Position numbers and translations under genes: made by a program. Under the pieces are notes generated by a model. It was not told the origin of the DNA. It did not search any database and was given only the letters and a program-made list of their open reading frames with translations. 64,000 nucleotides of DNA, taken from Flavobacteriaceae bacterium (GTDB lineage Bacteria; Bacteroidota; Bacteroidia; Flavobacteriales; Flavobacteriaceae). The stretch spans positions 91,656-155,655 of the forward strand of contig CBDBUX010000018.1 of assembly GCA_965212205.1 (NCBI GenBank). The letters are read 5' to 3'. Of the stretch, positions 1 to 10,558 are shown piece by piece (position 1 is the stretch's first letter; every line of letters begins with the position of its first letter).

Positions 1-151
1 GTTTAACAAAAATTTAATGGGGCCTGCCTAGGTACTGGCATGGTTTTTTCTGTATATTAGAGAATTCATTTGGAATTACTGAAACCCCGTAAATACGCCT
101 TTTTTCATAATAGATGGTTCAAAAGACGTATTTCGACAATAAAAAACGTAC

Positions 152-2281
152 ATGAAAAGGAATTTTGCTCTTGGTTTTCTGGTAATCATAATTGCCGTTG
201 CATCCTGCAGTTTTACGAGTAAATCTTTCGAGTCTGATGATAAAGATAAATTGCTATTGGATCTTATCACCTATGTACTCGAACGAGGTCATTATGAACC
301 CAAGGATATAAATGATGATTTTTCGGCAAATGTCTTTGACGATTTCATCGATATCATTGACCCTACAAAACGTTATTTTCTCGAAGAAGATATTTTGGAA
401 TTTGAACAATATAAATTCCAGATCGATGATCAGATCAAGAATACAGATATTTCCTTTTTCAATTTGGTGTACGATCGTTTGATGACCAGGATGGATGATG
501 CCAAAGAGATCTACAAAGTTGTTTTATCGGATCCTTTCGATTATACGGTGGAAGAACATATCGACATCGATTATGACAAGGTTACCTTTGCTGCCTCCAA
601 AAAGGATTTGATGGAACGCTGGAGAAAGCAGTTGAAATATGCTACTATCGGTACTTATGATTCCAAGATAAAGGATGAAGATCAAAATAAGAAAAACGAC
701 GCGGCTTACCAGACAAAAGAATCCAACCTCCTTGAGCTGGAAGCAAGAGAAGCAACAGAACAAACACTAGACGAATTTTTCGACTTCATCGACGACCTTG
801 AGCGCAAAGACTGGTTTGTGCAGTATATCAATACAATTGTTGACGAATTTGACCCTCATACATATTATTTTGCTCCTGATGATAAGGATAAGTTCGATAT
901 AAGCATGTCTGGAAAATTTGAAGGCATAGGAGCCCGGCTTCAGAAAAAACCTGAAGGGGCTAAAATCGTCGAAATAATTTCGGGTGGCCCTGTTTGGAGA
1001 GACCGACAATTGGAGGTAGGAGATGAGATCCTAAAAGTTGGACAGGAAGGTGATCTTCCGGTGAATATTGTAGGTATGCGCCTCGATGATGCTATCAAAC
1101 TAATAAAAGGCCCTAAAGGAACCATTGTTGATCTTACGGTTCGAAAGGTCGATGGAAGCATACGTGAAATCTCAATTACCCGTGATGTGGTTGAACTCGA
1201 GGAATCGTACGCTAAGTCGGCTACGGTGATCAAGGAACAGAATAAATTTGGTCTGATCCACCTGCCTAAGTTTTATGTTGATTTTGAAGATTATGCCGAA
1301 AGAAATGCTGCAACCGATGTAGCCAAGGAAGTAGAGCGTCTGAAAGCAGAAGGGATCGAAGGATTGGTTCTGGATCTTAGGGATAATGGAGGAGGTTCGT
1401 TGAAAACCGTTGTGGAGATGGCCGGATTATTTATTAAAGACGGCCCCATTGTTCAGGTACGTTCTTCTGGAAAAGATAAAGATGTTTATGAAGACAAGGA
1501 CGAAAGAATACAATGGGATGGGCCATTGGTTATTCTTGTGAACGAATTATCTGCGTCGGCTTCCGAGATTTTAGCTGCAGCGATGCAAGACTATAAAAGA
1601 GCGATTGTTATCGGTAGTAAGCAAACCTTCGGAAAGGGTACGGTTCAGAATGTTATACCGCTCGAAAATATTGTAAGAAGTAATGAATATGGAGACCTCG
1701 GGGCGATAAAACTCACTACCCAGAAATTTTATAGGATTAATGGCGGTTCCACCCAATTGGAGGGTGTAAAGAGCGACGTTGTGGTCCCGGATCGTTATAG
1801 TTATATCGATCTAGGCGAACGCGACCAGAGAAATCCGCTGGGTTGGGATAAGATAACTCCTGCGAAATATGATCTGTGGGAAGGATATATCGATTATGAG
1901 GCTACAATTGCCAACAGCAGCAGGCGAATGAAGTCTAATCCGCAGATAAAGTTGATCGAGGAAAATGCCAAATGGCTGAAAGAACAACAGGAAAAAACAA
2001 CGGTGAGCCTCAATTATAATATCTATAAAAACGAAGAACGAAAGAATAGGAACCAATCGGAATACTTTGAGAGTATTTCAGATTACGACTCAAAACTGAC
2101 TTTTGAATCCTTGCAATACGAAACTGAACTCTTTACACAAGATCAGGTCTTAAGGGAAAAGCGAGACAGATGGCATCAGGATCTTGCCCGGGATGTTTAT
2201 GTTGAAGAAGCTGTTAATGTTTTAAGAGACCTTAAGATCAATAATATTAAAAAAGGTAAACTGGCCAGTGTAAAAGGATAA
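152..2281 (+). CDS. S41-family carboxy-terminal processing (tail-specific) peptidase, lipoprotein
   Basis: 709-aa ORF. Lipobox-like N-terminus (IIIAVASCS), a PDZ-like segment (GARLQKK..ISGGPVWRD..GDEILKV), and the S41 catalytic block LVILVNELSASASEILAAAMQDY..FGKGTVQ. Confidence 0.9.
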   Translation: MKRNFALGFLVIIIAVASCSFTSKSFESDDKDKLLLDLITYVLERGHYEPKDINDDFSANVFDDFIDIIDPTKRYFLEEDILEFEQYKFQIDDQIKNTDISFFNLVYDRLMTRMDDAKEIYKVVLSDPFDYTVEEHIDIDYDKVTFAASKKDLMERWRKQLKYATIGTYDSKIKDEDQNKKNDAAYQTKESNLLELEAREATEQTLDEFFDFIDDLERKDWFVQYINTIVDEFDPHTYYFAPDDKDKFDISMSGKFEGIGARLQKKPEGAKIVEIISGGPVWRDRQLEVGDEILKVGQEGDLPVNIVGMRLDDAIKLIKGPKGTIVDLTVRKVDGSIREISITRDVVELEESYAKSATVIKEQNKFGLIHLPKFYVDFEDYAERNAATDVAKEVERLKAEGIEGLVLDLRDNGGGSLKTVVEMAGLFIKDGPIVQVRSSGKDKDVYEDKDERIQWDGPLVILVNELSASASEILAAAMQDYKRAIVIGSKQTFGKGTVQNVIPLENIVRSNEYGDLGAIKLTTQKFYRINGGSTQLEGVKSDVVVPDRYSYIDLGERDQRNPLGWDKITPAKYDLWEGYIDYEATIANSSRRMKSNPQIKLIEENAKWLKEQQEKTTVSLNYNIYKNEERKNRNQSEYFESISDYDSKLTFESLQYETELFTQDQVLREKRDRWHQDLARDVYVEEAVNVLRDLKINNIKKGKLASVKG

Positions 2282-2303
2282 AATAATCGATCGGTAAAAT
2301 AAT

Positions 2304-2340
2304 AAACCCTATTCGTGCGAATGGGGTTTACTGTTTCTGA
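2304..2340 (+). terminator. Putative intrinsic terminator of the S41 peptidase gene
   Basis: About 11-bp stem, AAACCCTATTC / GAATGGGGTTT (one G-U pair), 23 nt after the stop. Downstream sequence is only moderately T-rich (ACTGTTTCTG). Confidence 0.45.
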
Positions 2341-2389
2341 TCGCCTCTTTTTTTGAGAGTCTGTCGAGCTGAAAAATCAAAAAAACATA

Positions 2390-3973
2390 ATGCCTTTTTC
2401 AATTAATAAAATAAGAACTGTTTTAGCTGCTTTATTTTTGATGCTTATTGCGGTTTCCTGCAGTAAGGATGAGGGAAACCCTAATGGCGAACCCAGCGGA
2501 ACAGATGTAATCCGAAACCAGTTTGTAAGCCTTAACCCAAGTGGTTTTTCCCCACTTTCGGCAACCATCGAACTGGAGACCAGCGAAGAAGTAAGGGTGA
2601 GTATGCGGATCAAAGGCCGCTACGGATCCGAATCAGATTTTGTACATGAATTTCAATCAGTCGGGTCCCAACTGACCCTTCCGGTACATGGTTTATATGC
2701 AGATCATCTGAATTATGTAGATCTGACCTTGTACGACACAGGTGGTGATAATCTCGGAACAGAGCGATTTGAGATTCAAACCGAACCGCTTATCGGCGTA
2801 ATGCCTCAGATCGTTATCGACCAAGCCAGGCGGAATGATATGGCCGATGGGATGACTCTGGTAAGTTATTTTGGTCACAACGGTGCGACCTTTCCTCAAA
2901 GGCCCTTCATTTTCGATTCCTATGGTGAGATCCGGTGGTATCTTGATTTTAATGCCAGCCCTGAACTGGGGGCCTTGTTTTATGACGATGGTGTGGAGCG
3001 TCTTTCCAATGGCAATTTTTACTTTGGTTCAGGAGGGAGTGGCTTTGGCCTCAGTGGGGAGATCAATAAGATCTATGAGGTAGATCTTTTTGGAAATACA
3101 ATTAATACATGGGACATGCCGGGGTATTCTTTTCACCATGAGGTACACGAGAAGCCCAATGGTAATTTTCTGGTGACAGTAAATAAGATGGGAGCTTCAA
3201 CGGTTGAAGATCATATAATAGAGATCGATCGAACAAGTAAAGACATCGTCAATGTATGGGATCTGAATCTGGCCCTGCAGAACACGAGAATATCCTGGAC
3301 TAATGATCCGGTCGATTGGTTTCATGCCAATGCAGTTCTCTACGATGAAAGAGATAATACCATAATTGTTTCAGGACGTACCCAGGGCCTGGTGAAGCTC
3401 GATTCCAATAACGAGGTTATATGGATACTGGCACCCCACCGAGATTGGGCTTTGTCTGGCAATGGTGCTGATCTCTCCTCAAAGTTATTGCAACCCCTCG
3501 ATGCCGATGGTCAGTTGATCACCGATATCCAGGTACTGGAGGGTACTTTAAATCATCCGGATTTTGAATGGAGTTGGTACCAGCATGCGCCCCTGATCAC
3601 ACCTGAGGGTAATATTATGTTATTCGACAATGGAGATAACAGGAACTATGTATCTAGCGGACCCTATAGCCGGGCGGTAGAATACCGGATCGATGAAACC
3701 AATAAGACCATCCAGCAGCTTTGGCAATACGGGAAGGAACGGGGCGATGAAACCTATTCGAGGATCGTTTCAGATGTAGACTTTCTCGAAAATGACGATC
3801 ATGTGCTTTTCTCACCCGGCGCTATAGTCGATCAGGGTAGTGCCGTTGGAAAATCTATAGAAATCGATTATAACAGTAGATCCGTCGTTTTTGAGGCTAC
3901 TATTATGCCACCGGTCGCTTTCTTCGATATCATAACCCTTCACAGAACGGAACGAATATCGCTTTATCCTTAA
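2390..3973 (+). CDS. Arylsulfotransferase (ASST)-like beta-propeller lipoprotein
   Basis: 527-aa ORF with signal peptide and lipobox (LMLIAVSCSKDEG). Motifs I associate with the ASST family: FHHEVHEKPNGNFLVTV, DWFHANAVLYDERDNTIIVSGRTQG, WSWYQHAP..LFDNGDNR. Confidence 0.65.
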   Translation: MPFSINKIRTVLAALFLMLIAVSCSKDEGNPNGEPSGTDVIRNQFVSLNPSGFSPLSATIELETSEEVRVSMRIKGRYGSESDFVHEFQSVGSQLTLPVHGLYADHLNYVDLTLYDTGGDNLGTERFEIQTEPLIGVMPQIVIDQARRNDMADGMTLVSYFGHNGATFPQRPFIFDSYGEIRWYLDFNASPELGALFYDDGVERLSNGNFYFGSGGSGFGLSGEINKIYEVDLFGNTINTWDMPGYSFHHEVHEKPNGNFLVTVNKMGASTVEDHIIEIDRTSKDIVNVWDLNLALQNTRISWTNDPVDWFHANAVLYDERDNTIIVSGRTQGLVKLDSNNEVIWILAPHRDWALSGNGADLSSKLLQPLDADGQLITDIQVLEGTLNHPDFEWSWYQHAPLITPEGNIMLFDNGDNRNYVSSGPYSRAVEYRIDETNKTIQQLWQYGKERGDETYSRIVSDVDFLENDDHVLFSPGAIVDQGSAVGKSIEIDYNSRSVVFEATIMPPVAFFDIITLHRTERISLYP

Positions 3974-4028
3974 AGCCACAAAGATTAGATTATTTATGGT
4001 CTAAGTAAAAAAAGTAAGACGACTAATT

Positions 4029-4577
4029 TTACGCAGTCTGCCTTAATTTGTCGGCGTGCATCTTGCGAAACTTGTGGAGTTTGGGGGTGATCACAAAACT
4101 GCAATACCCTTGTTGTGCATTGTTTCTGTAGTAATCCTGATGATCTTCTTCCGCTTCGTAAAAGGTAACCGCCTTCGATAATTCGGTAACAATTTGGTCC
4201 TCGTAATACTCTTTAATTTCGTGAAGTACCTCTTTGGCCAATTGCTCTTGCTCATCGTCGTGATAATAGATTACAGAGCGATATTGTGTGCCTACATCTG
4301 CCCCCTGACGGTTCAGTGTTGTGGGGTCGTGAGTGGTCATGAAAATAAGCAAGAGGTCTCTGTAAGAGATGAGCTCCGGATTGAAGGTGATCTGAACCAC
4401 CTCTGCGTGTCCGGTTAATCCGGAACAGACTTCCCTGTAGGTAGGTTTGCCCGGAGCAGTTCCTCCGGTATAACCCGAAACCACCTTTTCAACTCCCCTG
4501 ACTTCCTGGAATACTGCTTCAGTACACCAAAAACAGCCGCCGCCAAATGTAGCTAGTTTTGTTTTTTGATCTTTCAT
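4029..4577 (-). CDS. msrA: Peptide-methionine (S)-S-oxide reductase MsrA
   Basis: 182-aa ORF with the catalytic GGGCFWCTE motif and family-typical HDPT..NRQG.D.G.QYRS. Its start overlaps the msrB stop by 4 nt. Confidence 0.95.
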   Translation of the reverse strand: MKDQKTKLATFGGGCFWCTEAVFQEVRGVEKVVSGYTGGTAPGKPTYREVCSGLTGHAEVVQITFNPELISYRDLLLIFMTTHDPTTLNRQGADVGTQYRSVIYYHDDEQEQLAKEVLHEIKEYYEDQIVTELSKAVTFYEAEEDHQDYYRNNAQQGYCSFVITPKLHKFRKMHADKLRQTA

Positions 4578-5035
4578 ACGGTCTCTTCTTTCTGGATATA
4601 CATAGATGCAGAATTAATACAATAGCGCAATCCGCTGGGCTCCGGGCCATCAGGAAATACGTGTCCAAGATGGGCATCACAGGTATTGCACATCACTTCT
4701 ACCCGGACCATGCCATAGGAAGTGTCCCTTTTATACTTTATAGCGTTTTCCTTGATGGGTTGCGTAAAGCTAGGCCATCCGGTTCCCGAATCGAACTTAA
4801 TAGTCGAATCGAAAAGCGATGTATCACAACATACACAGGCATATTTTCCTGCATCATAGATCGTGCAAAGCGCTCCGGAATGAGGAGATTCGGTACCTTT
4901 TTGCCGGGTAATTCTAAATTGTTCCGGACTCAGTTGTTCCTTCCATTCTGCATCCGACTTTTCCACCCTGCGATCGGGCTTTGGGTTGCCTTTAACTGCG
5001 TAATTGATTACTTCTTTCCAGGTTAGCATATTCAA
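4574..5035 (-). CDS. msrB: Peptide-methionine (R)-S-oxide reductase MsrB
   Basis: 153-aa ORF with two CxxC zinc pairs ([21 protein letters not shown]), GWPSF, and the catalytic RYCINS motif. Confidence 0.95.
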   Translation of the reverse strand: MNMLTWKEVINYAVKGNPKPDRRVEKSDAEWKEQLSPEQFRITRQKGTESPHSGALCTIYDAGKYACVCCDTSLFDSTIKFDSGTGWPSFTQPIKENAIKYKRDTSYGMVRVEVMCNTCDAHLGHVFPDGPEPSGLRYCINSASMYIQKEETV

Positions 5036-5140
5036 TAAATTATCTATATCGATTCAATCCATCCTTTTGTCGGTGTTTGCATGTATTCCTTACTGCATCG
5101 CGGTACACCTATAGCTACTAAATTATATTAAATTTACCCC

Positions 5141-5965
5141 ATGAACAAAAGGCAGCGCGATCGTTGGATTTATACTTCTCTGTTGATCATATGTATCGTG
5201 GGGTTTTGGATTTTTGAAAACTTCTATACGCCACAGAGTTATTCCACTTCGAAGGATGACGCTTCTAAAACCGAAGTACCTGCTTTTCTGGTACCATCTT
5301 CTACCACGGGCCAGGTGATAAATCATGATCATTTCTCACTTTCCTATAGCGAGGCCCATGAACAAGCAGAATGGGTAATATATATGCTTCATAAAAACCA
5401 TCTGACCTATGATGACCGCGAACGTCCCGACTTTATCGAGGATCCATATCTCGATTCGAAATCGGCATCCTGGCGGAACTACAAGGGATCGGGATATGAT
5501 CGGGGGCACCTCTGTCCGGCTGGTGATCGCAGGTTTTCCGAAATGGCGTACCGTGAAACCTTTTATACCAGTAATATTTCTCCTCAGGATCCGGAGTTCA
5601 ATGCTGGGATATGGAACGAGCTTGAAAAGCAGGTACGTATTTGGGGTAAGCGATATGGGGAACTTTTTATCGCAACCGCAGGGGTTTTGGAAAGCAGGCT
5701 GGAAACCATCGGGGACGAAGACGTTGCCGTACCCCGCTGGTATTATAAAATAGTAGTTCGCGGCACTGAGCAGGACCTCAGGGTTATAGCATTTCTTATT
5801 CCCAACCGTCTGGCGAACGACGCTCCGGAAAATTATGTGGTTAGTATAGACCGCATAGAGGAAATGACAGGCCTGGATTTTTTTAGAACGCTACCTGAAG
5901 AAAAACAATTGGAGATCGAATCTGGAACAGATCAGGACGATTGGCGTTTTACTACCATTCGTTAA
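5141..5965 (+). CDS. Membrane-anchored DNA/RNA non-specific endonuclease (NUC/EndoG-like)
   Basis: 274-aa ORF with an N-terminal TM helix, the DRGHLCPAGD active-site motif and downstream SNISPQ..FNAGIWNELE. Its 3' end overlaps the convergent rodA 3' end by 14 nt. Confidence 0.85.
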   Translation: MNKRQRDRWIYTSLLIICIVGFWIFENFYTPQSYSTSKDDASKTEVPAFLVPSSTTGQVINHDHFSLSYSEAHEQAEWVIYMLHKNHLTYDDRERPDFIEDPYLDSKSASWRNYKGSGYDRGHLCPAGDRRFSEMAYRETFYTSNISPQDPEFNAGIWNELEKQVRIWGKRYGELFIATAGVLESRLETIGDEDVAVPRWYYKIVVRGTEQDLRVIAFLIPNRLANDAPENYVVSIDRIEEMTGLDFFRTLPEEKQLEIESGTDQDDWRFTTIR

Positions 5966-7232
5966 GCCGGTTCGAATCTAATTTGAGGAAAATAAAGAGC
6001 AAAACCGTAAAGCCCAATAAGCCCGATCCACCATAACTAAAAAAGGGCAGGGGAATCCCTATAGTGGGCAAAACACCGATCACCATACCGATATTGATGA
6101 AATAATGGATCAGCAGAATGGAGATCACACCATAGCCGAACATTCTGCTAAAATCGTTTTTTTGTCTTTCTGCAATACGTACCAGGCGCAACAACAGAAA
6201 AGTAAATAAAAGTACAACAAGGGTGGTTCCTATGAATCCCCACTCTTCTCCTACGGTGCTAAATATATAATCTGTATGCTGCTCGGGGACAAAGTCGCCC
6301 TTGGTCCGTGTTCCCTCCAGAAATCCTTTTCCGAAAAAACCTCCCGATTCGATGGCCTTTTCAGACTGATAGGTGTTATAGCCAATAGTTTTTCGGATGG
6401 TCTCCAGTTTATCCGGATCTTTTTCCAGGCGTAACCATAAACTGAAGCGATCCCGGTGGCGCTGTTCGAATACCTCATTAAAGACTAAATTCACCGATAG
6501 TGAAAACAAAATAGAGACCACGAATACCGCGATCATAGGTAGTACAGGTACTTTAAAACTAGCTCTTTTAACCAAAAGGAAAATAGCGATAAGCAACACC
6601 AGTCCGATGGCAACCCATGTTGTGCCAAACATGAGTGTGGTTACGAATATCAATAATGCAAGAAAGGCAATTGCCAGGTAGTAGAGCGGAAGTCCTTCCC
6701 GGAATAAAACAAAGATGAGTGAAAAAAACACCAGGGCACTACCAGGGTCTGGTTGGGGTATGATCAGAAAAGCCGGGATAAGGATAATCAGAAAGGCATA
6801 CAACTGATGCCTTGGCTTCTTAATATCGGTTTGTATGTCACTTAAATATTTGGCCAGTGCAAGGGCCGTCGCAATTTTAGCAAATTCTGAAGGCTGCAAA
6901 TTGAAAAATCCTAAATCGTACCAGGAGGTTGCTCCGGCGATGGTTTTGCCAAACACAAACAATCCAATCAGGGAAACCAGTGAAATAATATATAATACAC
7001 TGGCAAAGCGTTCATAGAAATTGGCCTCCAGAGCCAGCACAATAAATATCGCTAGGGTACTGATCCCGATAAAGACCAATTGCTTCCCATAGAGTTGTGA
7101 GAAATTGAATATTGAGGGCTGGTCTTCAGAAAAAGTGCTGGAATAAATATTGACCCACCCTATGATGACAAGTAAGAAATATAGAAGAATAGTAAGCCAG
7201 TCGACCCGCTTTAAGACGCTTCTACCAGACAT
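5952..7232 (-). CDS. rodA: Rod-shape-determining SEDS glycosyltransferase RodA
   Basis: Polytopic FtsW/RodA/SpoVE-family ORF (..GATSWYDLGFFNLQPSEFAKI.., PEQHTDYIFS, GIPLPFFSYGGS). The ORF runs up to 7313, but the ATG at 7232 (MSGRSVLKRVDWL..) gives the usual N-terminus and an 11-nt overlap with the mrdA stop. The start is therefore uncertain. Confidence 0.88.
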   Translation of the reverse strand: MSGRSVLKRVDWLTILLYFLLVIIGWVNIYSSTFSEDQPSIFNFSQLYGKQLVFIGISTLAIFIVLALEANFYERFASVLYIISLVSLIGLFVFGKTIAGATSWYDLGFFNLQPSEFAKIATALALAKYLSDIQTDIKKPRHQLYAFLIILIPAFLIIPQPDPGSALVFFSLIFVLFREGLPLYYLAIAFLALLIFVTTLMFGTTWVAIGLVLLIAIFLLVKRASFKVPVLPMIAVFVVSILFSLSVNLVFNEVFEQRHRDRFSLWLRLEKDPDKLETIRKTIGYNTYQSEKAIESGGFFGKGFLEGTRTKGDFVPEQHTDYIFSTVGEEWGFIGTTLVVLLFTFLLLRLVRIAERQKNDFSRMFGYGVISILLIHYFINIGMVIGVLPTIGIPLPFFSYGGSGLLGFTVLLFIFLKLDSNRLNEW

Positions 7233-9102
7233 ACTCGTTAATCTTGAATTCTTCACCACTGTAAGGCTTCGCATATTCGTGCTCAAGGGTCTTTTCCAAC
7301 ATTCGTTTTTCAAGATCCTTCCTTGTGATTTCGCCTTTAAGATATTTTTCGATCAGCAAGGAGGCGATATGTCCGGCATATCTTGCACCATAATAGCCAT
7401 GTTCAATAAAAACAGCCAGGGCGATTTTTGGATTGTCGACCGGGGCAAAGGCTACAAAAATACTATGATCGGTCAGCTGGGTCTTTACACTATCGATCCT
7501 GGTGTAATTCTCCACAGTTCCGGTTTTACCTGCGACATCTATTCCGGGTACCTGCAACCATTTTGCCGTTCCCTTTGTATAAACATCACTCATACCCCGA
7601 ACCACAGGATCGAAATGTTTTTTGTCGATCGTAGTATGTTTCGGCTCTGTGAATTCTGGCTTTCTGATGGGAATGCCATCGATCTTTTTAAGGATATGAG
7701 GAGTGAAGTAATGACCCCTGTTAGCTATGGCAGCGGTCATATTTGCAAGTTGGATAGGGGTTGCGGCTACTTCTCCCTGCCCGATAGAGTTTGAGATAAT
7801 ATAGGAGGAGCTCCATCGGTTATCCCCATAAAAGCGATCGTAATATGCTTTATCGGGAATCCTACCGGGTCTGCCGGTAGGTAGGTCATAGCCAAGAAAA
7901 TCACCCAAACCGAAACTCTTCATATGGGCAGACCAAATGTCCATACCCTCATCGGTGGTCTCAAATTTATCATAGATCTTTCTGAAAGTACCGGCGAAAT
8001 AGGCATTACACGACTTGTATATCCCATTGTTCATATTCCGGATACCACCACCACAGTGACATCCTCTTAAGGTATTCCCGACATAAAACCCATTGTAGCA
8101 CCTGATCGTGGTTTCGGGTTTTATTACGCCTTCCTGAAGCGCTACTAGAGCGTTAAGGGTCTTAAACGGGGAACCAGGTGATGGTTCGGCCAGGATAGCT
8201 CTGTCCCAAGTAGGTTTTGAAATGGTATCATAATGGAGTTTACTATAGTTCCTGGACCGTTCTCTTCCGACCAGCAAAGCAGGATCATAGGTAGGCCCGG
8301 AAATAAGAGCCAGGATCTCACCTGTGGAAGGTTCGAGAGCAACAATACCTCCGCGTTTGCCCTTCATCAATTTTTCTCCATATTCCTGAAGTGCCTTATC
8401 GAGGGTTACATATAGTTCTTTTCCCTGCTCCGGAAGTGTATCAAGGATCCCATTTTTATATGGTCCGATATCCCGATTAAAGCGGTCTTTTTGTATGAAC
8501 TTAACACCTTTTCGCCCTCGCAGGATTTCTTCATACTGCTTCTCAATTCCGGTTCGTCCGGTGAGTTCCCCCTGGACATAATAGGGGTTTTTTAGAAGGT
8601 CGGTCTCATTAACTTCACTGATATAGCCCAAAACATTGGCGCCACTCGTTGTGCTATAATAACGCAGGGATCGTTTTTGTATATAGAAACCCTCGTATTT
8701 TCTCATTTTTTCCTGAAGACGTGCATAGTCTTCCTTCGAAAGCTGGGGTACCAGAACCGAGGGTAGCCGGGGAGAATATACCCTTGCTTTACGCAATTTC
8801 TCGATAAACTTATCTTTCTCAATTCTTAGGAGCTGACAAAATTCGAGGGTGTCGAGGGGTTTTACTTCCCGTGGGATAACCATTACGTCATATGCCGGTT
8901 GGTTGGCAACCAATAACCTGCCTTTACGATCGTAGATATAGCCACGCTCCGGGTAATCATAGATTGCCTTTATCGCTGTATCTTCCAATACCTGGTTGGG
9001 GGAGAAACTAAATATCTGTAAATAGGAAAGTCTTCCTATAAAGGAAATTCCAATGATGATAATGATCGATGATAATAAGATCTTTTTCATGTATTCAATC
9101 AC
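7222..9102 (-). CDS. mrdA: Penicillin-binding protein 2 (elongasome transpeptidase)
   Basis: 626-aa ORF with an N-terminal TM anchor, a PBP dimerisation region and an SxxK motif (SPFK). Lies between mreD and rodA. Confidence 0.92.
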   Translation of the reverse strand: MIEYMKKILLSSIIIIIGISFIGRLSYLQIFSFSPNQVLEDTAIKAIYDYPERGYIYDRKGRLLVANQPAYDVMVIPREVKPLDTLEFCQLLRIEKDKFIEKLRKARVYSPRLPSVLVPQLSKEDYARLQEKMRKYEGFYIQKRSLRYYSTTSGANVLGYISEVNETDLLKNPYYVQGELTGRTGIEKQYEEILRGRKGVKFIQKDRFNRDIGPYKNGILDTLPEQGKELYVTLDKALQEYGEKLMKGKRGGIVALEPSTGEILALISGPTYDPALLVGRERSRNYSKLHYDTISKPTWDRAILAEPSPGSPFKTLNALVALQEGVIKPETTIRCYNGFYVGNTLRGCHCGGGIRNMNNGIYKSCNAYFAGTFRKIYDKFETTDEGMDIWSAHMKSFGLGDFLGYDLPTGRPGRIPDKAYYDRFYGDNRWSSSYIISNSIGQGEVAATPIQLANMTAAIANRGHYFTPHILKKIDGIPIRKPEFTEPKHTTIDKKHFDPVVRGMSDVYTKGTAKWLQVPGIDVAGKTGTVENYTRIDSVKTQLTDHSIFVAFAPVDNPKIALAVFIEHGYYGARYAGHIASLLIEKYLKGEITRKDLEKRMLEKTLEHEYAKPYSGEEFKINEYVW

Positions 9103-9171
9103 TCAGATACAACAAATCTGTCTTGGTCTCACTGGACCTTCAGCTCGAAGTAAACCTTTTCATCTTAGATT

Positions 9172-9681
9172 TTACTCTTTTTGAACGCTAAACAAGGAAC
9201 TGAACAAGAGGCACAATATCAGTGTCCCCATTCCTGTGAAAATAACTTTCTTCAAAATTACCAGCAAATTTGGTAAGCTAAAAATTTCAAGCGTAAAGAA
9301 AATCACATGGTGTGCTACAATTAATAACGCCAGGAATGTAATTTGTTGTGCGCGTGTGGTGTTAGAAAGTTTAAAACTTTGAAATTCGTAATTGATCCCA
9401 AAAACAAAGCGCATAATGGTGGGCCTTAAATAGGCGATACTTACGGTTGCAGCGGCGTGCAGGGCTAAGGTGTCGGAGAAGATATCAATGACAAACCCCA
9501 ATAAGAAACCCACGCCGATAAATACAGCCCGATTTTCTTTTATCGGATACCAGTAAAGGAACAGTATATAAATCATCGGATTGATAAAACCGAAGAAATT
9601 TAGTCGGTTGAATACCAGAACCTGTACCAGCACAAGCAAGGTAAACCTCAGGATATTGATAAAATAACGACTACCGGTCAT
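9172..9681 (-). CDS. mreD: Rod-shape-determining protein MreD
   Basis: 169-aa polytopic membrane ORF directly after mreC (11-nt overlap), in the conserved mreBCD order. Confidence 0.75.
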   Translation of the reverse strand: MTGSRYFINILRFTLLVLVQVLVFNRLNFFGFINPMIYILFLYWYPIKENRAVFIGVGFLLGFVIDIFSDTLALHAAATVSIAYLRPTIMRFVFGINYEFQSFKLSNTTRAQQITFLALLIVAHHVIFFTLEIFSLPNLLVILKKVIFTGMGTLILCLLFSSLFSVQKE

Positions 9682-10489
9682 TGTTTAAATCATTTTCCAG
9701 TTCGAGAATTTCCTCCCGGCTGGGATTATCAATAATATATACGTTCTTCAGATTGGTCATATCGTTAAAGAGTTGAACGTCTATATTGTAAGAGCTTTGT
9801 GAGGTGTTCAGATCAAATTTTTTAATAGTACCAATGGGAATGTTTTCAGGGAAAATACTCGACCTTGCTCCTGTTACGATGGTATCGCCAACCAGCAAGT
9901 TTACCAACCTGGGAATATCTTCGAGTTGAACCTCGTCGAAACGACTGGTATTCCATATTAGTGAGCCAAAATTATTTGTGCCTTTGATCTTAGCATTGAT
10001 ATTCGATTTAGTGTTTAGGATACTCTGTACAGCGGCATAGTTGTTGGAAGTCTTCTCAACGATACCCAGGATCCCAAGCGCAGTGATCACCCCCATATCT
10101 TGTTTCACACCATGATTTTTTCCCCGGTTTATGGTGATATAATTATCCTGGTTCGAATAACTGTTCTTGATAATCCTCGCAGAAAGTATAGTATAATTAA
10201 GCCGCGCCGTGTCGAGTTCTACAGAATCTCTCTCTTCGTTATTGTAGAGCAAAGATCGCAGACGACGGTTCTCTTCCACAAGCTGATGGTTAATATCTCC
10301 CAGTTTGAAGTAATTAGAGATCCGATCCATGCTATTGTATATGCTGCCACTGAACCAGTTGGCGGAATTAAAATATTTGGAACGATGGTATGAATGAGAT
10401 TGAACGGTAAATGCCAGGGAAATAATAAGCAGGAGGATATACAGCAACGTTATTTTGTAACGTAGAATGAAATTAATTATCTGCTGCAT
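9671..10489 (-). CDS. mreC: Rod-shape-determining protein MreC
   Basis: 272-aa ORF with an N-terminal TM helix, a coiled-coil (LVEENRRLRSLL) and beta-rich C-terminal domains (VGDTIVTG..FPENIPIG). Confidence 0.9.
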   Translation of the reverse strand: MQQIINFILRYKITLLYILLLIISLAFTVQSHSYHRSKYFNSANWFSGSIYNSMDRISNYFKLGDINHQLVEENRRLRSLLYNNEERDSVELDTARLNYTILSARIIKNSYSNQDNYITINRGKNHGVKQDMGVITALGILGIVEKTSNNYAAVQSILNTKSNINAKIKGTNNFGSLIWNTSRFDEVQLEDIPRLVNLLVGDTIVTGARSSIFPENIPIGTIKKFDLNTSQSSYNIDVQLFNDMTNLKNVYIIDNPSREEILELENDLNNDR

Positions 10490-10558
10490 TCACCTTTTAA
10501 TTGTTAATTTCAGTTCGAGTAGGACTCTATATCATCTCCGGAATACTTTAGGTAATTC

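Noticed and set aside
5952-5965. 14-nt convergent overlap of the nuclease and rodA 3' ends.
   Set aside because: This is a real overlap but a trivial consequence of compact gene packing. No terminator or regulatory structure is evident.
7150-7794. 214-aa plus-strand ORF spanning the mrdA/rodA junction.
   Set aside because: It is antisense to two well-supported elongasome genes and has no recognisable motifs.
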